Position numbers and translations under genes: made by a program. Under the pieces are notes generated by a model that made no database searches, had not been told where the DNA came from, and saw only the letters and a program-made list of their open reading frames with translations. A stretch of 64,000 nucleotides of DNA, taken from NCBI RefSeq assembly GCF_001194135.2, contig NC_068981.1:86288016-86352015 (forward strand). Direction: 5' to 3'. Shown here one piece after another: positions 38,435 through 50,380 of the stretch. The stretch comes from Octopus bimaculoides (lineage: Eukaryota). The first letter of the stretch is position 1. Every line of letters begins with the position of its first letter.

Positions 38435-38909
38435 TTAAGGAAGAATGAAGGATAGATAGTGCCTTGTATTTACACACACAAAGGCTTCTGCACAGATTCC
38501 ATTTACTACAAGATATTGGTCAGCCCAAGGTTATAATAGAAGACATATGTATCTAAGTGTGTGTGTTTCTGTGTGTGATCTCACAAACACGCACATATAG
38601 GTTGATAAGTGCCATACACAAAACCCTTGACCTTTGTACCATTTTACAAATGCTGTCAATTATTATAATAATAACGCAAAGAGGGGCAGGGAAGACTGTT
38701 GGGTGTTATATCTGTTGTTGTTGGCTTAGGTACTGTATGTTTCAGGCTCACAAACTGGACTGAAAAGAGAGGGGTTTGTGTGAAAATAAAGGATCTACAG
38801 CAGACAGTGTTATCAGAACTGCATGAATTCTCACAATCTCAATGAAGAGTGTTACCATAATCCTTTGGTTGTGAACAGTTGACAGTTACATTCTCTAGTT
38901 ACTGTTTCG

Positions 38910-39651
38910 CCCTTTAGCATTTAAACCAGCTATATCTGGCCAAAATATTCTACGTGTTTTATGCTGAAGCTAGCTAAATTCAGTCTCTCACACCTACCCT
39001 ACTATGTTAATCTAGAAATAAACAATCACATCTTCAAAATTTCAAAGCTACAAGATAATATATGATTAAATTTTAAAAATGCGAGCAAGCATGGCAGTGT
39101 GGTAAGAAGCTTGCTTCCCAACCACTTGGTTCTGGGTTCAGTCCCACTGTGTGGCACCTTGAGCAAGTGTCTTCTACTATACCCTCATTTCAGCCAAAGT
39201 GGATTTGGTAGACAAAAACTGAAAGAAGCCTGTCGCATATATATATATAGGCATGACTGTGTAGTAAGAAGCTTCTTTCCCAACCACATGGTTCCAGGTT
39301 CAGTCCCACTGTGTGGTATCTTGGGAAAGTTTCTTCTACTGTAGCCTCAGGCCGACCAAAGCCTTGTGAGTGGATTAGTAGGTGAAAACTGAAAGAAGCT
39401 CGTCACACACATATATATGTATATGTATATATTTATGTGTGTCTGTGTTTGTCCCCATAATCTAGCAGCTTGGCAAAAGAGGCTGATAGAATAAGTACTA
39501 GGCTTACAAAGAGTAAGTCCTGGGGTTGATTTTTTTGACTAAAATCCTTTAAGGTGGTGCTACCATCATGGCTGCAGTCAAATGACTGAATCAAGTAAAA
39601 GAATGAAAAAATAAACATCACTCTTGATAAAGTAATCTGAATGCTAAAGAG
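38910..39651 (+). mobile_element. Family-1 TTAA MITE split by two tandem family-A SINEs (about 39084-39606)
   Basis: ccctttagcatttaaacc start; MITE resumes after the SINEs and ends gtaatctgaatgctaaagag|ttaa. Confidence 0.7.
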
Positions 39652-41333
39652 TTAAACAAGATGATAGTAAATATATATGCGTGTGTTAAATTTAGGTTGT
39701 TATATGAATACTGGTGGAGGGGGTGATTCAATACTAAAAGTAGATTTTAGATTTATTATAAAATTCATTTAAGCTGGTATTTAAAGTTTCACCTGATGGT
39801 ATATTAAAACTGGTTACATAAGCTGTCAGGTGGAACTTAGTCACAGGCAAAAGGAATTTTGGGTGTGTGTGTGTGTATGGTATGTGTATAGATATGTATG
39901 TGTATGTTACCTTCAAACTGAAAGCTTATTATATATAAAAACTAATTTTAATTAATATTTTGTCGGCTGCTTATCTGGCTTGAATGAAAACCAGAGTAAC
40001 ATAGCTACTTGTCTGAATTTTTGATAGGGTGTTTGATTAGTAAACCGTTAAATAATATCATCTTAGACATACAGTGAAAGTGACCAAACTACTTATGTAA
40101 TTGGCTACCAGTTCATTGCTGAGTCACTATTTTTGGTTACCCATGTTAAAGCCTTGCTATTGTTATTTAGGCTGATAATTGATTTTGATAATATGGAGTG
40201 TCTTTTTACTTTGAAATGTTCAGAGGGAAAAAAACAACTTTCTTTTTTCTTTTTTGCTAATTTGAGTAATCTGATAATCTGAATTTATTTATTTATTTTT
40301 TTTTGACTTAGAGTAAAGGTTATATTAGATTTTTGACAAAACTATCAAAAAGTTAATATTCTGAAAAATGAAGTGCAAAAATACCTTTGTGGTTCAGCAC
40401 CGACCAAAGCCTTGTGAGTGGATTTTGTAGATAGAAACTGAAAGAAGTCTATTGTGTATGTGTGTGTAGCTATGTGTGTATATCTCTCTCTGTTTGTCCC
40501 CATTACTTGACAACTGGTGTTGGTTTGTTTATGTCCCCATAACAGTAGTTCAACAAAAGAGACTGATAGAATAAGCACCAGGCTTAGAAATACTGTACTT
40601 AGAAGTACCGGAGTTGATTTGTTTGACTAAACCCTTCCCTTCCAGTGTGGTACTCTAGCATGGCCCTGGTCCAATGACTGAAACAGCTCTTTAACTCTCA
40701 AACTGCAACTACTAAAGAAAAAAAGAAATATAACTATGAGATCTTCAGCATCTTTTATATTCATCTGTTTTATCTGTTATATTGACTTTCTTCTCTAGTG
40801 TCTCTCCATTGTGAATTGTATAACTAATAGTTTTGTTGGAGCAATAGTTCTTTAATGTCAGTGTTGCTTTCCCGACCTTTTTTGGGGTGTTGTGAATTCA
40901 AAAGGGTGCAATAAATGTCAAGGTGGCACTGGGTGTTTAGAGAGTTTTTGAGTTTAATTAGTAATACATATTTACACTAAGTACAAATGTTACAGTTAAC
41001 CCCTTTTCTTATATAATTGTGTTGAAATATACTGCCTTTGGTTCAGTTAAATTTTAGAATAATGAAGAATTTATCAATATGACTTTGTCATTGTTATGCT
41101 GGTATTTGGAATGTGAATTGATATGGAATTTTAATGGGAGGTTTTAATTTATCAGGTTGAGTGAAAGGTAAGCAATGTTTTGAACTATGAAGAATTTGTA
41201 CCAGATTTTTGCAGAGTTTTGAATTTTTTTTAAACATTTAAAAAAAAATTGTCTGATAATACAGACATAGACTTTCCCAAATGCATCAATAAATTAACTG
41301 ATATTTTTTTTACCATTGTTACAATAATTTGAA

Positions 41334-41900
41334 ATGGAACTGTCAAAGCGCAATATTCGAGCAGTTTTGCTATTCAATTTCAAAAAAGGACATAAAGTAG
41401 CTAAAACTGCTTGTGATATGAATGAAACATCTGGTGAGGAAATGATCAGTGAGTGGTCAACTCAAAAATGGTTTAAATGATTTTGTAGTGGAGACCTGAG
41501 CCTTGAAGATCATGAGCATAGTGGACACCCATCTGTCATTGATGACCGTCATTGAGAAAGATCCATGTAAAACCACTTGAGAACTGGCAAAAGTACTTCA
41601 AGTTAGCCAGAAAACTGCCTGTGACTATTTGCATATGATCAGGAAATCAAAAATGCTTGACAAATGGGTTCCATACAATTTGAATGAAAATCAGAAAATG
41701 TGCAGATATGAAATTTGTTCCTCACTTCTTTTCCGTAACCAGACCAATCCATTTGTCGATTGTATTGTAACTTGCGATGAAAAGTGGATTCTGTACAATA
41801 ATAAAAAACATTCTTCGCAGTGGTTGGACCAAAATGAAGCACCGTAAACCTTCCTTAAACCTAAACTCTTCAAAAGAAGGTTATGGTGACTGTTTGGTGG
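41334..41900 (+). pseudogene. Mariner transposase, N-terminal half, inactivated
   Basis: MELSKRNIRAVLLFNFKKGHKVAKTA...WFK*F..GDLSLED, then LDKWVPYNL (WVPHEL-like), IVTCDEKWILY and KVMVTVWW; stops and frameshifts; truncated by an RTE. Confidence 0.9.
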
Positions 41901-41917
41901 TGTACCGTCCCTCTCTG

Positions 41918-43325
41918 TCATCATCATCATCATCGTTTACTGTCTGCTTTCCATGCTAGCATGGGTTGGACAATTTGACTGGGGACTGGCGAACCAGATG
42001 GCTGCACCAGGCTCCAATCTGATCTAGCAGAGTTTCTACCAGATGCCCTTCTTAATGCCAACCACTCTGAGAGTGTAGTAGGTGCTTTTACATGCCACCG
42101 GCACGAGGGCCAGTCAGGCAGTACTGGCAACGGCCATGTTCAAATGGTGTTTTTTATGTGACACCGGCACAAGTGCCAGTAAGGCGATGCTGGTAACGAT
42201 CATGCTCAAATGGTGCTTTTTACGTGCCATTGGCACGGAAGCCAGACAGCTGCTCTGGCAATGATCACGCACAGATGGTGCTGTTAGCACTCTACTGGCA
42301 CAGGTGCCAATCATTGAATTTAGTTCGATTTTGATTTCACTTACCTCAACAGGTCTTCACAAGCAGAGTTTGGTGTCCAATGAAGGAAAGATTGGCACAA
42401 GTGCCAGTCGTTGAATTTGGTTTCAATTTCGATTTCACTTGCCTCAACAGGTCTTCGCAAGCAGAGTTTAGTGTCCAGTGAAGGAAAGGTATGCATAAGT
42501 GGGCTGGCTACACCCCTGGCAAAGGCCATGAGTCTTCTCAAGCACAGCATATTTCCAAAGGTCTCAGTCACTTGTCATTGCCTCGGTAAGGCCCAATGTT
42601 TGAAGGTCGTGCTTCACCACCTCATCCCAGGTCTTCCTGGGTCTACCTCTTCCACAGGTTCTCTCAACCACTAGGGTGTGGCACATTTTCATACAGCTAT
42701 CTTCATCCATTCTCGCCACATGACCATACCAGCGCAGTCATCTCTCTTGCACACCACATCTGATGCTTCTTAGGGCCAACTTTTCTCTCAAGGTACTTAC
42801 ACTCTGTCGAGTATGCACACTGACATTATACATCCATCGGAGCATACTGGCTTCATTCCTTGCGAGCTTACGCATGTCCTCAGCAGTCACAGCCCATGTT
42901 TCTCTGCCATGAAGCATGGCTGTTCGTACACATGCGTCATACAGTCTGCCTTTTACTCTGAGTGAGAGGCCCTTTGTCACCAGGCTATTCTTATTCTAGC
43001 AGCTACACTTTCAGTGCACCCTCCCCTGCTACTGACTTGGTCACCTAGGTAACAGAAGCTATCAACTACTTCTAGTTTTTCTCCTTGGAATGTGGCAGAA
43101 GTTGTTCTCTGCACATTTTCAGTGTTTATTGCTCCTGAGCATCTGCCACATACAAAAACTATCTTCTTAGTTAGCCTTCCTTTGATATTGCTGCACCTCT
43201 GTATATTTCTGCATCCATGTGCATGCATTGTCCTCCAGTGCCAAAACTTATGGTCACCAAAGCTGGTTTACTGTCCAGTCAACTGTGCCAAACATAAGCA
43301 TCCAACAGCAGCACATTATCATTTC
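41918..43325 (-). mobile_element. 5'-truncated RTE-clade LINE
   Basis: LEVVDSFCYLGD, KGLSLRVKGRLYDACVRTAMLHGRETWAV, RRLRWYGHV and GRGRPRKTW motifs, followed by a UTR like 23095-23515 and a (gat)n tail. Confidence 0.9.
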
Positions 43326-44553
43326 ATTCTGTGTCAAAATATGGATAATAAAACCCTGTGCAAAATTAACCTCTATTTGTTTAAAAAGTAATTGTTTTTA
43401 ACTGCAAAATGTAGGAAGAAGCATTTGTAAAATACCATCCAATAAAAGGGGTTGTTGAACTACAAAAGATTGAGAACCACTGTGTTAAATTTGTGTCTAT
43501 GCATTTTAATATTTAATGCCTTTATTTGCCAGTCCCTTTGCTAACTTATTAGATTGTTTACTAAGTATATAACATCCTTTGTTGCCACCTGTTGAAATTG
43601 CTTAAACAAGATTATGCAGTGCCAATACTTCCAGAATAGATATCAGCCTCCCTTCAACAGACATTATTCATCCATCATATTACACTCAGTTTAGTTTTTC
43701 TTTCATTCTGCTGCTGTTCTTCATTGTCCATATTTCACTTCCATATAATATGATATTTATGACATGTATTATCAATGTTTCCTAATGTGAAAGAATTCTT
43801 TTCTATATAAAAAAACAATTCTAACTGGGCAGTGTATATGTATATCACATATTTTATTATTATTATTACTATTATTCATTGATTATATAAATATACAAAA
43901 TTTTTTTTCTTATCATAAACATAAGAAAAGATAATATTAAGTACATTTTATTTTGTATATTGAGTACTTTTGTTTCATATATATTTTATTTTAAAAAAAG
44001 CAAATAAAATTTATTCGATTATCTGTGTTTTCAAGTTCTGTGATGCTTGGTGAGAAAGTAGAACTTTGCAGTATTTAGGTTTGTTTAATTTGGTTTAGAG
44101 TTCAAATACTGTCCAACATGACCATTTATTCTGTTATTTGTAATAAAATAGTGTTGATACAAAGTACTTAAGCTATTCCTAAGAAACTTCAGTCTTATAG
44201 ATAAGATGGTGCAAGATTCAGATTGTGTTACGTAGATATTTACAATTCCATAACAACCTGAAAGAAAAAGTGTTAAAAATGTTATATTATTATTTCACAC
44301 TGAGCAAAATGCTTGGCAATATTTTGTTCGTCTTTACATTCCAAGTTCAAATTCCACCAAGGTCACCTTTGCCTTTCATTATTTCAAGGTTAATAAAATC
44401 GACTTACCCCTCCCTCTGAAATTGCTGGCCTTATGCCAAAAATGGAAATCATCATTATTATTATTATTATTTAAAAATCTGTTTCTTGAAAGTAATCTGG
44501 GTTTGGATTTGGTAGATAGAAACTGAAGGAAGCTCTTCATGTATATATATATA

Positions 44554-46219
44554 TCTTCTTAATATATAAAATCCGTTGTGTCTGTCTGTTTGTGTGCTTA
44601 TAACTCAAGTATTGTTCATCTGATCGTGCTGAAATTTTAAAGATGGATTCATGAGAGAGTGAGGCATTCCATAATCTAAAAAGACTTTCAAAATTGTTAG
44701 TTTCAAAGTGAGAATCACTATTTTTGTAATCTTTTTGTCCTGTTTGTTCCGCCATTAAAATCAACCAGTTGCTCAGACAGCCGGCACATACCATTTCGCT
44801 AGCAACAAGGGGGAGTACAGGATGACAGTCAGCCAAAACTGTCGCTATGCTGTCTCTCTTATGACGTCCAATTCCACTTGTAGTTGTATATATATTATGT
44901 TAAGATTCGTTATCAATCAATTGTCCTTATTGAGAAGAAACAGTCAAAAGTAACCACCGCCTACAATCACCAAACATCTCCACTACTTAACACCATCCAA
45001 GTTAACCCTCTTCACCTTTACAGCTGACATGGAAAACTACTAATTAAGCAAAAAGAAAAAATTGATTGCTATTAAATGCGTAAAATTTTGGGGTTAATAA
45101 TATTAATCCTTAGTTACAGTTTCTTATTCAAACTACATGATAGGCAAAATTGTCGGATTAAAACAGTAGGGTGTTTGGAGGGAGATTTGGCTGCTGTTTC
45201 TACCAGGTCTAGCTACCATGTAGGGGTCTCCTTCATTGGCTTATACATACATACATACATACATACATAAAATCGAAATAAAATACTTAAAGCAACAGGC
45301 GTCAAATACAAAAGCCAAGGTCTATGCAGTGTGATGGGCCAAAATAATTTCCAACTTACCTAATGTGAGCCCAGAGCAATCTCTTACACTATTTCAGTAT
45401 TACATCTCTATTGTACTGTCATATATACCATATGCATTCCAAAACCGAGTTAAAGATTTTGATGTATGGGGTATCAAAAGATTCAGTACTATTTCGGCTA
45501 CAAATTAAACTTAATTTCCTTTCACATATTTGCATTTAAAAAATTTAACAATCTTTTCCATAAATCAACTATCGTAAACATTTTATACACTGACATCACA
45601 TTTTCTATATGTGTGTGTACCTTAAAAGACATCAATCATCACAACACACACCTTCACTCAGTTACTCTCTGTTTCTCACCCTCTTTCTCTCACACATACA
45701 CACGCGCACGCACACGTCCATTTCATATAGACATACATTCATCTTTCACTTTCTCTTCTTTCAATTTCTGCTCTCTTCAAATACATTTTTATGGATACAA
45801 CTGCTTACAAAAATAGGGATTAATGTATAATTTCTTTCTATGTTCATAATTTTTTGTTTACAATATAGGAAAAAAATATGCCACCAAAGAAAAGACGTAA
45901 TCTCTCCAGAAACAAGTATAAAGCAAGGAGGATTGTAGAAAACCGAAGGCGAGAGTCTGAAGAGAGAAGCGAGATGAGATCTTCTCAAGATCAGCAAATG
46001 CATGTTGCAGCACTTAATACTGGATCATTAATCAATGTTTTAATGATTAGACAGAGGTCCAATAGAATAGCTCTCAGAAACAGACTGTGTACAAATTCAT
46101 TCTTCACAAGTCCTGAAGCTGTTTTTAAATATGATCCATCCCATTCTTATAAAAATGATAACTCTGTCCAAACTGGTGTGCTAAACACAAACTGTCGTTT
46201 CTGTAGAGCTTTAAGATAA
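44554..46219 (+). mobile_element. Helitron 5' portion with truncated RepHel N-terminus (ORF 45878-46219)
   Basis: A|TC start followed by ttaatatataaaa...gtctgtctgtttgt. ORF MPPKKRR...FKYDPSHSYKNDNSVQTGVLNTNCRFCRALR resembles the RepHel AF.YDP...C..C.ALK motif. No 3' hairpin/CTRR found. Confidence 0.75.
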
Positions 46220-46366
46220 CAAAGGAATAAATGATTATCTGATGAACTTCATTAGCTTACAACTGTTTCTGCTATAAGATGCAGTGGACTCATAGTTGAG
46301 CATCTTAGTAACACCTTATAGTTTCATTGAAGCCTTGAATATGAAGTTCAATTTATTTATGTAATT

Positions 46367-46414
<48 letters not shown>

Positions 46415-46647
46415 ATTATTAATTAATAAATTACTGACAAAAGAGCAGAAGTTACAGAATCACTTTAATTAGCTAACAGCTGTTTCTGTAACTGGGTTGA
46501 GTGCCACAGTGCAACATCTTATAACGTCCTCAGCGCTGTTAGAATGAAGTGTTGCTTCAGTGCAGGAAACATTTAAATATATAGTTGGCTACATTAAGGC
46601 ACATATGATACATTTAGTAGGTGTGAGGATATGACCCACTCATTTAA

Positions 46648-46839
46648 TCCTTTAGTATTCCGATAATTCATTTATATTGTTTTGAATCAATTATGCATTA
46701 TTTTGCTGCTTCAAGATTTTGATATGATTTTCTTGAGATTGACATTGTAGGGTAGGTGTGAGAGGCCAGATTTGGCCAGTTTAAACATAAAACAGGTTGA
46801 ATATTTGTGCCAGATATGGCCAGTTTAAATGCTAAGGGG
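46648..46839 (-). mobile_element. Family-1 TTAA MITE
   Basis: TTAA flanks; reverse complement of 58934-59150. Confidence 0.75.
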
Positions 46840-48839
46840 TTAAATTGATGTATAACTATACTGAATTCTAACAACTATTTATTGGGTATTGCTATGGCAA
46901 AGCAGAATCATAAAACGTATGTTTTTTTTTCTCTCCTGTTGTCTCCTTCTTTCTTTCACTCCATTTCCTTTTCACTTTTTAACTCTAAACATTAATCTAA
47001 ATGCCTCTCCCATTACAAAAATACTCCACTAATTTATAATTCTAAGTTAAATTATCTGTACATATTTTATTTGATATAGGACCAGGGATTTTGTAAAACA
47101 TGTTTCTGAGGGGAAAAAAAGTATAATCAATAACAGCTGTTGCATCTTTAAACATTAACCCAATTCACCAAAGACACAATTGTATTATTCTTCTTATCAA
47201 TCTTCACTCTGTCTAAATCTATAATTTTTAAACTATTTATTCTGTTTACACTTTTTTTTTTGCATATGCAAGTGTGTGTGCATGGTAATCTTAGGAAAAT
47301 GGTTCTGCTAAAAACTTATTAAGTAAAAACTATATGTTGAGAGTAATTTTGATGTGAAATAAGAAACTAAGAATAAATTAAATGGAAAATTATATTAGGT
47401 AGTTAAAATGAATAACTAATTTGGTGTCATTTTATGTAAGATATATCTTGTCTGATAGAGGACAACCTTCTTGATGTTTACAATGTTGAATATTTACAAG
47501 ACATATTACTTTGCTGTTTTACAACTATCTATTTATTATCCATTATATTTTGGCCTTTGGTAAGATAGAGGAAGCAGATTTAAAATTTTTGTTTAGCATG
47601 GGTTAGCGCTACCCAAACAGACCTTTGATATGAAGATAGCCAAATAACTAAACATGATCGAATAATAAATCTATTGTTCTTGATAAGCTATGTCTCCTCC
47701 CATGATGAACTGTAATAGGTGGAGTATTGCAATCTTGACATATTGTTTTCTGTCCACTGTCCCATCCCTTTCTATAAGCTTGTAGATTCTATTAGTGGCC
47801 ACAGTAAATCAGAGAAGACAAATTCAGTCAGAGTGTGTGAGTTGCCATTCCTCTTCACATATCACAGTTACTGGACATTCATCCACAATGTTTGTGGCTA
47901 ATGAGACTATTTTTGTTACAGCTATAATTTTGTTACTGGCATCATTGTCATCATGATTTTACACATTTCCATGATGGTGTAAGTGGGATGGTTCATACTG
48001 TTAGTTTCTATTTGGAGTTACTGTTCTCTTAGGTGAGTTACACCACCTTTTACTCATACAGCTCATTTTTGGACTGTTTCCTATTGCTGGGTGACTTCCT
48101 AATGTCAATCGCTTTATAGAGTTACTAGGTGCATTTTATTGTGGTACAAACACTTGAAGGATTTCCATCCTCAGTAAAACTGAAGAGTCCTTTCTGCATT
48201 GTTTCCACTCATTCAAGGTAAGATGGGAGTAATGAGAATGAAAGGGAGAGAGAGTGATCAGTAGTAGTAAAGATGGGTGATGATAAAAGACAGAGTGAAT
48301 GATGATAGGAAGAGTAATGGCAAAAGAGAGATAGAGAGAGAGAGTGATGGATATCTATTATGAATTATAGAAGAGGGAGTATTGTGAGTGACTGTTAACA
48401 AGAAGGGTGTGGTAGGAAGGGATTGAATGCACATGGATCCAGTGTCATCCCTTTTTACTAAAGCAGAGAAGATAGGTTGGCACAATAATCGGAGACAGAT
48501 TGGGTAATAGATGAGATGGTAATGAAGAGAAGGGGTGAGTGGTGCACTAAAAATAGGTGAAGGTAAAAAAGTGATATCATCATCACCTTCATTTTAACGT
48601 TCGTTTTTCTATGTCTGCATGGGTCAGATTTTAACAATGAATGATATGAGAAGGATTAATGGAAGAGAGAGAGTGAGAGATTAAAGGCTAACAAAACAAA
48701 AAAAAGAAGGGTGACAGTAGGTAGATTGTATATGGACAGGTCCAGTACTATTCCCTCATTACACATATAGTGTGATGGATGATTGGAGACAATAATAGGA
48801 GAGGTGAGTGAACTTTTGTTCTGAAAAACATTAATAACC

Positions 48840-49800
48840 TCTGGTCACTCTCAAAAGAAATCTACTGTAAGCAGCAGTTTGGTGCCATTAAATGGGCATG
48901 ATCTTTGTGTACACAACTCCAGTGATCTAACTCCCTGGTCCAATAAAGCTTGTTCTTTTGAAAACTTTTTCAATACCACACGTTTATACTCATGAATAGC
49001 CATGCCAAGACACTTCAAGACTTAGGCAGCAGTGTGTAGCAATAAAGCTGTAATGGATATTATTATGAACACTTTTAATGATTTAATTGCTGGATACTTC
49101 AGGCAGAACATTACGATTACCATTACAGATAAGACTGTTTTCCAATTAATCAATGTTTGATATTCTTACAAGGTCTTCCATCAGTGAAGCAGTTATTTTA
49201 AACATTCTTTCCTTTCCCTCCGGAAAGGATTTTGCCTAGTATTGCATCATGCATGTGTTAAGCAAGATCATTGAAAATACAACACACCAGTTCTTATTTT
49301 GTCTATGAATTAATTGACATTATCTAAGCTAGTTTCCTGTTGTTGAGGGCTAAAATATACCTAAGACATATCAGCATTCCCTGACATACATAATATCGAA
49401 ATCAAATGTTATTAATTGTATGGCTCACCTTAGTATTCTCAAAGATATAGCCTTTAGGAGTTCAACATCAAGCACAACGGAGTTGATTAGACATGTGCTA
49501 TCCATATTTAGTATAGCAATGACCATGACTTTTATCCTTTTATCTCAGTCTACACCAACGATTGATATGATCTCAGATCTCTTGTATGAAGTCCACATGT
49601 CAAGTAACATTTTCCACCTGCAATTGTTCTAACATATTTTATATGTGGGTTGGAGGGCCCATTTGTAACAATTCTTCTTTAGTACATAGGTAACCTTAAT
49701 CAAACTCAGTGAATGCACAATTTCAAGACTCGTTAATGAAGATGAAAAATTTTACAATTGTCTCAGACAAGTTTTGATACAAAGACCTAAATTCATTTGG
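48840..49800 (-). pseudogene. Possible very old hAT transposase fragment
   Basis: Minus-strand remnants STTG, CFTDG and LLLHTA resemble hAT/Charlie motifs TTG.DIF, CTDGA and LLLHTEVRWL; many stops. Confidence 0.3.
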
Positions 49801-50061
49801 TTTTGACCAATTTCTTCTTATTCATTTTAGTCTCACACACCACATATTGTGACACTAATGCAATGTAACAAATGCAGCACAGTCACTGATATAACGAAAC
49901 AATTATACAACTTGTACACCACTACATGACAACACAACACAACATGCACACAGCAGCACAATGCTTGCACAGTATTTATGCAGCGCAGCTGTCATACAAT
50001 GCAATACACTCAATATATAGAAAGATATACATAATATATACATGAATACATATATATGAGT

Positions 50062-50380
50062 GAAGGTGCATGGCTTAGTGGCTAGGGTATTCAGCTTATG
50101 ATCATAAGATCATGAGTTCAATTTCCAGCAACACATTGTGTCCTTGAGCAATACACTTTATTTCACATTGCTCTAGTCCACTCAGATGGCAAAAATGAGT
50201 AGTACCTATATTTCAAAGGGCTAGCCTTGTCACACTCTATGTCATGCTGAATCTCCCTAAAGAACTACGTTAAGGGTACACATGTTTGTGGTGTGCTCAA
50301 CCATTTGCATGTTTATTTCACAAGCAGGCTGTTCCATTGGTCGGATCAACTGGAACCCTTAAGCAACAGAGTGCCAGTAC
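50062..50380 (+). mobile_element. Older family-C-related SINE
   Basis: tRNA-like head gtgcatggcttagtggctaggg; tail agaactacgttaagggtacac...caactggaaccc shared with family C; CpGs decayed. Confidence 0.7.
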
